From NCBI GenBank assembly GCA_047636735.1, contig JBLIGC010000004.1, positions 12,867 to 76,866 of the forward strand: a DNA stretch of 64,000 bases, given 5' to 3'. A program made the translations under genes and the position numbers. Source of the DNA: Glaciecola sp. GTDB lineage: Bacteria; Pseudomonadota; Gammaproteobacteria; Enterobacterales; Alteromonadaceae. This document shows, piece after piece, positions 19,410 to 29,205 of this stretch; position 1 is the stretch's first letter, and every line of letters starts with the position of its first letter. The notes beneath the pieces were generated by a model, which was given only the letters and a program-made list of their open reading frames with translations, was not told the origin of the DNA and did no database searches.

Positions 19410-21500
19410 CTACTTTTTAGCTGCTTTACGTGCTTTTACTTCTTCAATTACTTTCTCGGCCACATTGTTAGGACAAGGGCTGTAGTGTGAGAACTCCATT
19501 GAGAACTGACCACGACCAGAAGTCATAGTACGCAAAGTACCAATATAACCAAACATTTCTGATAGCGGAACGTCAGCTTTAACGCGAACGCCAGTTACAC
19601 CAGCTTCTTGGTCTTTAATCATGCCACGACGACGGTTTAAGTCACCAATTACGTCACCAACATGGTCGTCTGGCGTGAAAACGTCAACTTTCATAATTGG
19701 TTCAATTAACTGTGGACCGGCTTTAGGAATTGATTGGCGAAATGCTCCTTTAGCAGCAATTTCAAACGCGATTGCTGATGAGTCGACCGCGTGGAAACCA
19801 CCGTCATACAATTCAACTTCAACGTCTAGTACCGGGAATCCGGCAAGTACGCCTTCGCCCATCATGCCTCTGAAACCTTTCTCAATCGCCGGGAAAAATT
19901 CTTTTGGTACATTACCACCCACAACCACAGATTTGAAAGTAAAGCCTGTGTTTGCTTCGCCTGGGCGAATTCTATAATCAATTTTACCAAATTGACCTGA
20001 ACCACCAGATTGTTTCTTGTGCGTGTACGAATCATCAATTGGAATGGTAATTGTTTCACGATACGCAACTTGAGGCTGACCTACTGCTAGCTCAACACCA
20101 TAGGTACGTTTAAGAATATCTACTTTAATATCTAGGTGAAGCTCACCCATCCCTTTGAGAATAGTTTCGCCTGAATCTTCATCGGTTTCCACTTGGAAAG
20201 ATGGATCTTCAGCAACCATTTTACCAATCGCGATACCCATCTTCTCAGTTGAAGTTTTATCTTTAGGCGATACAGCAATTGAGATAACTGGCTCTGGGAA
20301 AATCATTGGCTCTAGCGTACATTCGTGCTTAGGATCGCACAAGGTGTGGCCTGTTTTCACGTTTTTCATGCCTACTATTGCAATAATATCACCCGCTTTA
20401 CACGAGCTTATTTCAGTACGGTCGTTAGCATGCATTTCTACCATGCGTCCAATACGTTCAGTTTTACCCGTGGCAGAGTTAAGAATGCTATCACCCTTGT
20501 TTAACGTACCAGAATAAACACGAATAAAGGTTAACGCACCAAAGCGATCATCCATTATCTTAAATGCTAGTGCGCGGAAAGGTTCGTCAACGGTAACAAT
20601 TGCTTTTTCACCGGTCGGCTCGCCTGTTTCAGGGTCGGTTAATTCTTGTGGTATTACTTCAGTCGGACTAGGCAAATAATCAACAACGGCGTCCAATATA
20701 TTTTGTACGCCTTTGTTTTTAAATGCAGAACCACAGTATGTAGGGAAGAAATCTAGTTTACGAGTACCAGTACGTATACAACGCTTAATATCTGCAACTG
20801 AAGGCTCTTCACCGTCCATGTAGGCCATCATTATATCGTCGTCTTGATCTACAACAGTTTCAACTAAAAGTGCGCGGTATTCAGCAGCTTTTTCTACTAA
20901 GTCAGCAGGAATATCGGTTATTTCGAAGTTCTCAGGAAGACCCGTGTCATCCCAGATATATGCTTTTTGTTCTAAAACGTCAACAATGCCCACGAAGTCA
21001 TCTTCAATACCAATGGGTAATGTCATTACTAATGGATGTGCGCCTAATACAGCTTTAACCTGCTTAACAACGCGATAAAAATCGGCGCCCATGCGGTCGA
21101 GCTTGTTTATAAAAATAATACGAGCAACGCCCGAGTCGTTAGCATAGCGCCAGTTTGTTTCTGACTGCGGCTCAACACCACCAGAACCACAAAATACACC
21201 TACGCCGCCATCTAGTACTTTTAGCGAACGGTAAACTTCAATGGTGAAGTCAACGTGTCCAGGAGTATCGATGATGTTCATGCGATGCTCTTTCCAGAAA
21301 CAAGTCGTCGCAGCAGACTGAATAGTAATGCCGCGCTCAGCTTCTTGTTCCATGAAATCGGTAGTTGATTCACCGTCGTGTACTTCACCGGTTTTATGAA
21401 TTTTACCAGTAAGTTTTAAAATTCGTTCTGTTGTGGTAGTTTTGCCCGCATCAACGTGCGCAAAAATACCAATATTTCTGTAATTAGCTAGTTCTGACAT
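19410..21500 (-). CDS. fusA: Elongation factor G (stand-alone paralog, not in an rpsL-rpsG-fusA-tuf operon)
   Basis: [41 protein letters not shown]; full five-domain length. Confidence 0.95.
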   Translation of the reverse strand: MSELANYRNIGIFAHVDAGKTTTTERILKLTGKIHKTGEVHDGESTTDFMEQEAERGITIQSAATTCFWKEHRMNIIDTPGHVDFTIEVYRSLKVLDGGVGVFCGSGGVEPQSETNWRYANDSGVARIIFINKLDRMGADFYRVVKQVKAVLGAHPLVMTLPIGIEDDFVGIVDVLEQKAYIWDDTGLPENFEITDIPADLVEKAAEYRALLVETVVDQDDDIMMAYMDGEEPSVADIKRCIRTGTRKLDFFPTYCGSAFKNKGVQNILDAVVDYLPSPTEVIPQELTDPETGEPTGEKAIVTVDEPFRALAFKIMDDRFGALTFIRVYSGTLNKGDSILNSATGKTERIGRMVEMHANDRTEISSCKAGDIIAIVGMKNVKTGHTLCDPKHECTLEPMIFPEPVISIAVSPKDKTSTEKMGIAIGKMVAEDPSFQVETDEDSGETILKGMGELHLDIKVDILKRTYGVELAVGQPQVAYRETITIPIDDSYTHKKQSGGSGQFGKIDYRIRPGEANTGFTFKSVVVGGNVPKEFFPAIEKGFRGMMGEGVLAGFPVLDVEVELYDGGFHAVDSSAIAFEIAAKGAFRQSIPKAGPQLIEPIMKVDVFTPDDHVGDVIGDLNRRRGMIKDQEAGVTGVRVKADVPLSEMFGYIGTLRTMTSGRGQFSMEFSHYSPCPNNVAEKVIEEVKARKAAKK

Positions 21501-21666
21501 GCTTCCCACTTTCTTGGTTCGTTAAAATTTTCCGGCGAATTATATAGGGCATTGCACACAATTCACACCTCTTTCCATTTTATTTTTTTAATAAGCATCG
21601 TTTAGTGTCAATCATCCTTTTTATTGATGCTGTTTTTTGTTCATTCTTTGGATATATTTTTGACTG

Positions 21667-22791
21667 TTACCGCTTGTTTTCATTATAAGAATTGAGCATT
21701 TGCGTGTTCACAATAATCATCACCGTAACCTCATCTCTATTATGATACAAATGCTTAGCCTTAATCACTATTTCACCAAAACGATCGCTTAAAACGTCTT
21801 TTAATTTTTTTAATATGGGCATAACAACTTTATGACGTTTATTCATCGGCAGTTTTAAATTAAAAATACAGGCATTGGCTTTACCCGATACTAACCATAA
21901 CAGCATTAACTCACTAACGCGTGTGGGTTGTTCAATCATATCGCACACCAGCCAGTCTACATTGCCCTGTTGGGGTTTATACAAAAAGCCGTCTTCACTG
22001 TAATACTCTACCAATCCAGTGGCCATTAAATTGGCCGCTATTTCACCGTGATCAACCGCCTCAACCACTATTTTTCGCTGAATTAACTGATATGTCCAAC
22101 CACCGGGACACGCGCCTAAGTCACTTGCTCGCATACCCGCACAAAACAAAGCATTGGCTTGCCGTTCATTAAAAAATAAGCCTATTGCCTCTTCTAGTTT
22201 TAAGGTAGAGCGACTTGGCGCTGCACTGGGCATTTTTAGGCGCTGTATGCCTAACGGGTTTATGCTGCGGTCGGAAACAACGCTGGTAGCTAAGATGCAC
22301 CGACCGCTTTGTTGAAAAAATAAATGTAAAAACGGTTGATTGTTTGATGGCTTGTTATGCAATATTCCGTTTTTTCTTAATTTACTTCGCAAGGGAACAA
22401 TAAATTTTTTACAAAATTTCGCCAGCTGTTTACCCTCTTCCGAGTCAGGATATTCAACAAATACTTCTGAGAACATTGGTAAATCGTGAGTTTCAAGTAC
22501 ACTTAGCAAGGTACTAATGCGGTCTTCACCATCAAATGTTACATCGTCCATTACCAGTAGCTTTTGTCTTGCAAATACTAAATCTGTCAGTTTAGGAAGG
22601 TCTCTGTTGGCAAACTTTATTGCATTAAAACTAGTAGAACTTGCATCAACTTGCGGTAAACAAAATCGCAGAAAAGCACTATTTTTAGTCATTTTGGCAT
22701 AGCCATAATGCCCAGCTTTAGCTAGTTTTTGCTCAAGCTCTGCCATTAGATCAGCTTCATAGCCGGCACGGCAGTATAATAATAAATCCAT
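21667..22791 (-). CDS. rlmM: 23S rRNA (C2498-2'-O)-methyltransferase
   Basis: LLYCRAGYE, APSRSTLKLEEA, DLGACPGGWTYQL, LVCDM, NLKLPM; gcvA-ygdD-rlmM order. Confidence 0.95.
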   Translation of the reverse strand: MDLLLYCRAGYEADLMAELEQKLAKAGHYGYAKMTKNSAFLRFCLPQVDASSTSFNAIKFANRDLPKLTDLVFARQKLLVMDDVTFDGEDRISTLLSVLETHDLPMFSEVFVEYPDSEEGKQLAKFCKKFIVPLRSKLRKNGILHNKPSNNQPFLHLFFQQSGRCILATSVVSDRSINPLGIQRLKMPSAAPSRSTLKLEEAIGLFFNERQANALFCAGMRASDLGACPGGWTYQLIQRKIVVEAVDHGEIAANLMATGLVEYYSEDGFLYKPQQGNVDWLVCDMIEQPTRVSELMLLWLVSGKANACIFNLKLPMNKRHKVVMPILKKLKDVLSDRFGEIVIKAKHLYHNRDEVTVMIIVNTQMLNSYNENKR

Positions 22792-22793
22792 AC

Positions 22794-23237
22794 TTATTGA
22801 TTACTCTTTATGTGAGGTGGACTTTTTAACAAAGCCAATATAAATAGGCACCAGCCGATTATTAAAAACAGCCCTCCCACTGGGGTTAAAAATGCAAATG
22901 TTTTTATCTGAGTTAGCGCGAGTAAATATAAACTGCCCGAAAAAAGTATGCTACCCATTAAAAATGCGATATTCGTCTTTTTGAACAAACTATGGCACTG
23001 GCCGCTGGATATGCACATAATTGAGCAAATCAACATAGCCAGTCCATGGTACATCTGATACCTAGCACCGGTTTGCACTATGTCTAGCTGATACTCGCTT
23101 AGCAATGACTTTAAGCCATGAGCTGCAAAAGCGCCAATAATGACGCTGAACATACATAATAAAGCGCCTATCACTAGCCATGTTTTTGCGATATCAACCT
23201 CGCCTTTATTTTCGATATTCATTACACTTTTTTTCAT
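22794..23237 (-). CDS. ygdD: DUF423 (YgdD) membrane protein
   Basis: GAFAAHGL, YQMYH, FSGSLY, TPVGG. Confidence 0.9.
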   Translation of the reverse strand: MKKSVMNIENKGEVDIAKTWLVIGALLCMFSVIIGAFAAHGLKSLLSEYQLDIVQTGARYQMYHGLAMLICSIMCISSGQCHSLFKKTNIAFLMGSILFSGSLYLLALTQIKTFAFLTPVGGLFLIIGWCLFILALLKSPPHIKSNQ

Positions 23238-23279
23238 ACCTCGTCCTACTAGTGATGTCGCATAAGCTTTATTATTTGC

Positions 23280-24161
23280 CTAGTTTACTTGTGATAGCAT
23301 CCATTCGCTAAATACCTTAATTTTACTTTGCTCAGTTTGAGATTCTTTGCATACTAGATAATGACTGAGTTTTGATTCTATTTTTTCGTTAAATGGACAA
23401 ACCAAACGGCCACTTTCAATTTCCGGTTTTGCAAGCACAATGTCAGAAAGCGCAATGCCCTGTCCTATGCATGCAGCTTGCAAAACCATCATAGTATGAC
23501 TAAAGATAGGTCCTTGGTTTACATTGATATTTTTAATACCAAAAGCATTTAACCAATTTTTCCAAGCAATTCTAGTATTATCATGCAAGAGCGTGTGCTC
23601 CGATAAATCTTTAAGAGACCCTAAGGGCTTACCTTTTTGTAATAATAAAGGTGAACACATGGGTGTTAGGTATTCGGATAACAATTTAGTACTTGCCAGC
23701 CCTGGCCAATTTCCGCCGCCGTAAAAAACCGCTATATCTACCGTAGCATCTAAAAAACCCTCATCAGCATCTACCGCTTTAATACGAACGTCAATATCGG
23801 TGTGTTGAGCTGAAAACATGTGTAGACGAGGCACTAACCATTGACTGGCAAAACTAGGAGGGGTTGCTATTGTAATGGCACCTTTTGTGCCAAGTGCCAC
23901 TAAACGTCCAGTTGCTTCTTGCAGGTGCACAAAAATTTCTCGCAAATCATGAAAATAAGACTGCCCTTCTTCGGTCAATAACAATGAACGATTTTTACGA
24001 TGAAATAATTTTATCGATAAATAGCTTTCTAGGCTCTTTATTTGATGACTTACAGCCGCTTGAGTAACAAACAGTTCGTCGGCAGCTTTAGTGAAACTCA
24101 AATGGCGAGCCGCGGATTCAAAGGCTTTTAGTGAGTTGAGAGGTGGCAATCGTTTGTGCAT
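23280..24161 (-). CDS. gcvA: LysR-type regulator GcvA
   Basis: LPPLNSLKAFESAARHLSFTKAADELFVTQAAVSHQIK; synteny with ygdD-rlmM. Confidence 0.93.
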   Translation of the reverse strand: MHKRLPPLNSLKAFESAARHLSFTKAADELFVTQAAVSHQIKSLESYLSIKLFHRKNRSLLLTEEGQSYFHDLREIFVHLQEATGRLVALGTKGAITIATPPSFASQWLVPRLHMFSAQHTDIDVRIKAVDADEGFLDATVDIAVFYGGGNWPGLASTKLLSEYLTPMCSPLLLQKGKPLGSLKDLSEHTLLHDNTRIAWKNWLNAFGIKNINVNQGPIFSHTMMVLQAACIGQGIALSDIVLAKPEIESGRLVCPFNEKIESKLSHYLVCKESQTEQSKIKVFSEWMLSQVN

Positions 24162-24192
24162 GAGCTACTGTGTTTGAAAATAAGATGTATAG

Positions 24193-24260
24193 ATTAGTTT
24201 TATTAATGCGAAAAATCAATTTTTGTCGCTTATCTTTTTCTCACACTAGCCGTAATATAC
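24193..24260 (+). promoter_or_regulatory. GcvA operator and divergent gcvB-type promoter
   Basis: ATTAG-TTTTA-TTAAT dyad at 24193-24207, then TTGTCGCTT and a TAATAT -10-like element. The layout resembles my recollection of the gcvA/gcvB intergenic region. Confidence 0.55.
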
Positions 24261-24366
24261 CTTGCAACCTAAAAATAACTCTAACAATTTCAATGTGTTA
24301 AGCAGATATTGCCAGGTTGTAACAGTAAATACAATTTTTATACAATTTTTATACAAAGGAAACAAA

Positions 24367-24657
24367 ATGAATATAACTATAGCTAGTTTTGCGCTAATGG
24401 CAAATTTGGTTAACGTAACTACCTTACCCATTGCTGCTAACCAATTAGTTCCAACACAAACGGCTAAATTTAGTAAAATTGAGCTCATTAAAATACTCGA
24501 AACAGAGCAACAAGCAAATCAACAACTAGATAACTTTACCGTTAACTTACCTAGCTTGGCTTTAAATGACAGTATGCTTATAGCTAAAAATACAGCAACA
24601 CGAAGAAATAGCATGACGCTAATGATTAGTAAAAAAACCGTAAGTGCAGATGAGTAG
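24367..24657 (+). CDS. Hypothetical protein, probably exported (96 aa), divergent from gcvA
   Basis: AAAGGA 6 nt upstream of ATG 24367; hydrophobic N-terminus. Confidence 0.65.
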   Translation: MNITIASFALMANLVNVTTLPIAANQLVPTQTAKFSKIELIKILETEQQANQQLDNFTVNLPSLALNDSMLIAKNTATRRNSMTLMISKKTVSADE

Positions 24658-24746
24658 AGCCCTATGGTGGTAGGTAAATAGTAATGGCGGCGTTAAGAAT
24701 TACGCAAGTAAAAAGTAATTCATCAAAAGCCGACAAGGACGATACA

Positions 24747-25169
24747 TTATCCTTCCTGCCACCATTTTTCATTTTCTTGTAATTGATAAAGCAATTCAGC
24801 TTTGTTCGTCAGTATTGCCGCAAAATCTTTTTGTATATCGTCACTCGATGCAATGTTAAGTATGTTTTCTGCTCGCAACTGCCACGACAAAGAAAAGTGT
24901 CGTATTGCCTCTCTTGCTGAGTTTGCAGCAGATGCTGGCAAGGCGTCGGCCGGTAAGTCTCCACTTATTACCCAATAAAAGTCCTTTTTAGTATCTTTTA
25001 TTTTCCATATGGCTACATCAGGTGCCATGTATCTACTTTCTTGGGTTACCACGGTGTCAAACAAAATACCCTTTTCCGCAAGATGTTTGTTGGCGCGTTG
25101 AAACTGTTCTTTTACCCATCGTGTAAGTTCATCTTGGGTTTTTATTTCATCTGTCATTTTTAATTTCAC
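24747..25169 (-). CDS. DUF4826 family protein
   Basis: WVKEQFQRANKHLAEKG, AIWK, YWVISGDLPAD, AREAIRHFSLSWQL. Confidence 0.75.
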   Translation of the reverse strand: MKLKMTDEIKTQDELTRWVKEQFQRANKHLAEKGILFDTVVTQESRYMAPDVAIWKIKDTKKDFYWVISGDLPADALPASAANSAREAIRHFSLSWQLRAENILNIASSDDIQKDFAAILTNKAELLYQLQENEKWWQEG

Positions 25170-25222
25170 TATTTTTTATATCGTTAATACATTTTAGCTA
25201 TAATGCATTGTGTCTAATGTGC

Positions 25223-28200
25223 CTATCTTAACAGGGTGGCCAACACTTCAATTGGATGTTTAGGTCTATATTGTTCGAAGCGTTTTACCTGACTTCTGCA
25301 CGAATAACCAGTAACCAGTATTTGTTCAGCTGCTACCTTTTTAGTAAGCGTGCTAACACTGTCATTGTTTGCCTGCGGTAATGTAGCATGCTGAGACCAA
25401 CTAAGTTCATATATCCCTTTCGAGTTTTCAAAATGCTCTAGTTCATGGCCATAGGTTCCTGCCATACCACAGCAGCCCACACTAGCAATGTTGAGGGTTA
25501 AGCCAAATTTTGAAAATATTTGTTGCCATATATCTTCTGTTTCCGGTAAAGCCGTTTTTTCTGAACAGTGCGCTAAAAGTTTATATGTTGTTAAGGCTTT
25601 TTGTGACTTCCTTTTTGAATCAATTACCTTAATACTCGCAACATCCAGACCCGATAACCACTCTGTAATGGTGTTTACCTGAAAACCATTTTGAGCAGAG
25701 CTCAAAATTTTGGCATATTCATCGCGATAACATAAAACGAGTGATGCATCAGCACCCACCATGGGAATATTAAGCTGAGCAATAGTGGTTAAAAAAGTTG
25801 CAGTTTGTTTAACCGTTTTTTCAAATTTAGCCAAAAACCCTTTTACATGCTGGGGTTTACCGTTAGGAGAAAATGGCAGCAAAACTGGCGTTTTCCCAGT
25901 GTCTTTAATAAACATAGCCAATTTTTCTACCACATCAGCATCATAAAATGATGTAAATGGGTCTTGCACAATGAGCACATGTTGCTGGCGTTGTTCATTG
26001 GGCATGTCTTGGAGTATCTTTAGATCACCCTGTGAATTACATACCAAGGCGATGCCTTTAACGCGTTTTGTAATAGTCGGCGAGGACAGCATTGGGGTAT
26101 CGACATAACCCACTACATTACGCAACAGCCAGCTTGCAGGAGCCGATTGAACCAAGGCATTAAATGTGCGCGGGGCTTTCGCCATAAGTGGCGTTAGCGT
26201 TTCTACATTAGCCACAAAATAATCTTTTAAAGGACGCGTGTACCGAGTGTAATAAATTGCCAAAAATTTAGCTCGAAAATCAGGTACATCTACACCAACG
26301 GGGCATTGACTTGAACAAGATTTACAGGCTAAACACCCGTTCATAGCATCAAAAACTTCGTGATTAAAATCGTCTTTAGGGGAAAACGACCTGAGCCATT
26401 TTGCAAAAATATTACTTTTAAAACTACTTGGTGCTACCGTTTGCGCGCTTACGCCCTGTTGACTTAACTGCAGCAACCACTCTCTTATTAATCCCGCTCG
26501 CCCTTTTGGGCTATGCCGCCTGTCCTGCGTTATTTTACTCGATGGGCACATGGGTGAAGTGGTATCGTAGTTAAAACACAAACCATTGCCATTGCAGCTC
26601 ATAGCGGGTTCAAACTCATTCTTAAAAGCAATTGGTATTTGACGATCGAAGGTTGCACGCTTGGTATCACTTACTCTCACCAACTCATGCTGTGATTCAA
26701 ATGGCGTACAAATTTTCCCGGGATTCATTTGATTATGCGGGTCAAAAGCACGCTTTATCTTTCTAAGCTCGTCGTAAAGTGTCTGCCCAAAAAAAGCCGG
26801 CGCAAATTCGCTTCTATACCCTTTACCATGTTCGCCCCACATGAGGCCACCGTATTTAGCCACTAAAGCAACCACCTGATGTGAAATTGTATTCATCAAC
26901 TGCTCTTGAGCAGGGTCACACATATCAAGCGCCGGACGCACATGCAGTACACCCGCATCGACATGGCCAAACATACCGTAATCAAGCTCATGACTGTCAA
27001 GCAAAGCCCTAAATTCCATTATAAAGTCGGCAAGATGTTCAGGCGGAACCGCAGTATCTTCGGCAAACGCGATGGGTTTTTTACTGCCCTTCGTTTTGCC
27101 TAACAAACCAACCGCTTTTTTACGCATGCCATATACTTTTAGAATGTCGGGAATAGATGATGTTATTTGATAACCAATTACCCCATTTTCATTATTATTG
27201 CTTATCTCAGCGTCTAAGCGGTCACATAAGGTTTGAATTTTAGTATCAATTTCATTTTTATCATCGCTGTTGTATTCCACCATATTTAAGCCGTCTACAA
27301 GCTTATTTGGCACATCGCTTATAAGCGCAGACACGCTATGCCAAACAAGGTCAGCCCTAGCAAGATTCAACACTTTACTGTCAACGGTTTCTACAGAGGT
27401 TGCATTAGCCGCAATCATACTAGGAGCATGGCGCAAAGCTGATTCAAATTTATCGTACTTGATATTAACCAAGGTGGTGTGTTTTGGAATTCTCGTAATA
27501 TTAAGTTTAGCTTCAGCTATAAATCCAAGTGAACCTTCAGCGCCCGCAATTAATCTACCGGCATCTATCTTGTTTTCAATATCATCAAAAGCATGCTCTA
27601 GGTCATAGCCTGTAAGGAAACGATTTAGCCTGGGGAATTTTGCTAAAATTTCTCCGCGTTTTGTCACGCACGTTATCAAAATTTGACGGTATATTCCACC
27701 AACCGTAGTTTCTTGATTCGCCTTTTCATGCGCCTCTTCTATGCTAATAGGATGAGTTGTTAGCAGCTCACCGCTTGCCAGTACGGTTTCAAGGCCAAGC
27801 AAATGGTCACTGGTCTTGCCATATACCAACGAGCCCTGACCAGAGGCATCGGTACTAATCATACCGCCCAGCGTAGCTCTATTACTTGTCGACAAATCAG
27901 GACAGAAAAAATAACCATGTGGTCTTAAGAAATCGTTTAGCACGTCTTTAATAACGCCAGCCTCAACGCGCACCCACTGCTCACTTAAATTCAACTCTAG
28001 TATTTGGTTCATATATCGAGAAGTGTCTACCACAATACCTGGCGTTAACGATTGACCATTGGTGCCAGTGCCTCCGCCTCTTGCGCTAAACGTAATAGCT
28101 GGCGTGTCATTATCTGTTTGAGCGCTAGCGGTTTTTGCGATTAATTGTAGATCAGCAATGTTTTTAGGCATTACCACAGCCTGAGGAAGCTGTTGATAAA

Positions 28201-28348
28201 TAGAATTGTCGGTAGCAAAGGCTAAACGACTTCCATAAGTAACCTCTATGTCACCGCTATATTGAGAGCTCGATAAAGCCGCCAAATAAGCACGTGTTTC
28301 TTTAGTTACACTATCTATAGGGGAAAGCCTTGGTAATACGTTCAACAA
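25223..28348 (-). CDS. ydiJ: FAD/Fe-S oxidoreductase (YdiJ, D-2-hydroxyglutarate dehydrogenase-like)
   Basis: RGGGTGTNGQS, GEHGKG, CNGNGLC, CLACKSCSSQCP, CCGMAG, TGYSCRSQ. Confidence 0.9.
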   Translation of the reverse strand: MLNVLPRLSPIDSVTKETRAYLAALSSSQYSGDIEVTYGSRLAFATDNSIYQQLPQAVVMPKNIADLQLIAKTASAQTDNDTPAITFSARGGGTGTNGQSLTPGIVVDTSRYMNQILELNLSEQWVRVEAGVIKDVLNDFLRPHGYFFCPDLSTSNRATLGGMISTDASGQGSLVYGKTSDHLLGLETVLASGELLTTHPISIEEAHEKANQETTVGGIYRQILITCVTKRGEILAKFPRLNRFLTGYDLEHAFDDIENKIDAGRLIAGAEGSLGFIAEAKLNITRIPKHTTLVNIKYDKFESALRHAPSMIAANATSVETVDSKVLNLARADLVWHSVSALISDVPNKLVDGLNMVEYNSDDKNEIDTKIQTLCDRLDAEISNNNENGVIGYQITSSIPDILKVYGMRKKAVGLLGKTKGSKKPIAFAEDTAVPPEHLADFIMEFRALLDSHELDYGMFGHVDAGVLHVRPALDMCDPAQEQLMNTISHQVVALVAKYGGLMWGEHGKGYRSEFAPAFFGQTLYDELRKIKRAFDPHNQMNPGKICTPFESQHELVRVSDTKRATFDRQIPIAFKNEFEPAMSCNGNGLCFNYDTTSPMCPSSKITQDRRHSPKGRAGLIREWLLQLSQQGVSAQTVAPSSFKSNIFAKWLRSFSPKDDFNHEVFDAMNGCLACKSCSSQCPVGVDVPDFRAKFLAIYYTRYTRPLKDYFVANVETLTPLMAKAPRTFNALVQSAPASWLLRNVVGYVDTPMLSSPTITKRVKGIALVCNSQGDLKILQDMPNEQRQQHVLIVQDPFTSFYDADVVEKLAMFIKDTGKTPVLLPFSPNGKPQHVKGFLAKFEKTVKQTATFLTTIAQLNIPMVGADASLVLCYRDEYAKILSSAQNGFQVNTITEWLSGLDVASIKVIDSKRKSQKALTTYKLLAHCSEKTALPETEDIWQQIFSKFGLTLNIASVGCCGMAGTYGHELEHFENSKGIYELSWSQHATLPQANNDSVSTLTKKVAAEQILVTGYSCRSQVKRFEQYRPKHPIEVLATLLR

Positions 28349-28506
28349 AAAACTCCTTAGTGGCTATAAACAGTATACCTACTGCCCACCCAGGACTCTA
28401 GGTTAAATACATCCTAAATAGAAAATATTGTGACTGAGTAAGAGCCAATATTTATTTACAGACCCATAAAAAACAATAAGTTTATGAGCAACTAATATTA
28501 ATAAAC

Positions 28507-28533
28507 TAAACTATTTCCACAGGCTGCCGATAA
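28507..28533 (+). promoter_or_regulatory. sigma28 (FliA) consensus promoter
   Basis: TAAA-ctatttccacaggct (15 nt)-GCCGATAA, an exact match to TAAA-N15-GCCGATAA. Confidence 0.75.
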
Positions 28534-28603
28534 AATTTTGTTGTATTACAGTAAGTTAATAAAATTTATGTTATACTTTAGTTGAATTTAAAGAGGTACC
28601 AAA

Positions 28604-28762
28604 ATGACAAAACTATTAAAATCGTTATTTAAACGTAGACATCCATTTGCACCAGTTGCTTACTTGGGTAGAAAAAACTTTGAAAAAACAATGGATTGTA
28701 AAGTTATGAAGCGAAAAGAATTAGAAAAACTAGCTGCGCAAGAGAATCATTCACAAAACTAA
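28604..28762 (+). CDS. Small basic hypothetical protein (52 aa; absent from ORF track)
   Basis: MTKLLKSLFKRRHPFAPVAYLGRKNFEKTMDCKVMKRKELEKLAAQENHSQN*; AGAGGT RBS; 70 nt downstream of the sigma28 promoter. Confidence 0.65.
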   Translation: MTKLLKSLFKRRHPFAPVAYLGRKNFEKTMDCKVMKRKELEKLAAQENHSQN

Positions 28763-28899
28763 AGCTTAGTCTATAAACATATCACAATCGCATTTAGACA
28801 CAGTCTGTTACAGCCTGTTACACACGTAAATGTTTTTTTCTACTATAGTGCTTGCATGAGCAATATAAGTACACATTTACATAAAACACAGGCGCGCAC

Positions 28900-29115
28900 A
28901 TGAAATTACTTAGAATGATGCTTGGCGGAATACTTATCAGCATGGGTATTTTACTGACCGTTTTACCGGGATCTATCTTATTTTTATTGGCTGGTCTAAT
29001 ATTAGTTAGTATAGATTACAAGCCCGCGCGAAAACTGCTAGCACTGATACAAAAATCTCTTACAAAAGCAGCAGTGCAGCTTGATCGCTTTTTATTGAAA
29101 CGTAAATATAGATAA
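28900..29115 (+). CDS. Small membrane protein (PGPGW-like)
   Basis: Two hydrophobic segments around LPG, basic tail. Confidence 0.6.
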   Translation: MKLLRMMLGGILISMGILLTVLPGSILFLLAGLILVSIDYKPARKLLALIQKSLTKAAVQLDRFLLKRKYR

Positions 29116-29152
29116 GCGCTAAAAATAACAAAAAATATCTAAAACTAAATAG

Positions 29153-29179
29153 AAAAAGCCACTCTTGAGTGGCTTTTTT
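29153..29179. terminator. Bidirectional intrinsic terminator
   Basis: AAAAAGCCACTC-TT-GAGTGGCTTTTTT between convergent genes. Confidence 0.85.
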
Positions 29180-29205
29180 ACTTTCACTTCAATTTAATCG
29201 TTATA

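Noticed and set aside
24650-24673. MSRALWW* micro-ORF with tandem Trp codons, resembling an attenuator leader
   Set aside because: No co-oriented gene downstream (the next gene is convergent) and no terminator/antiterminator pair.
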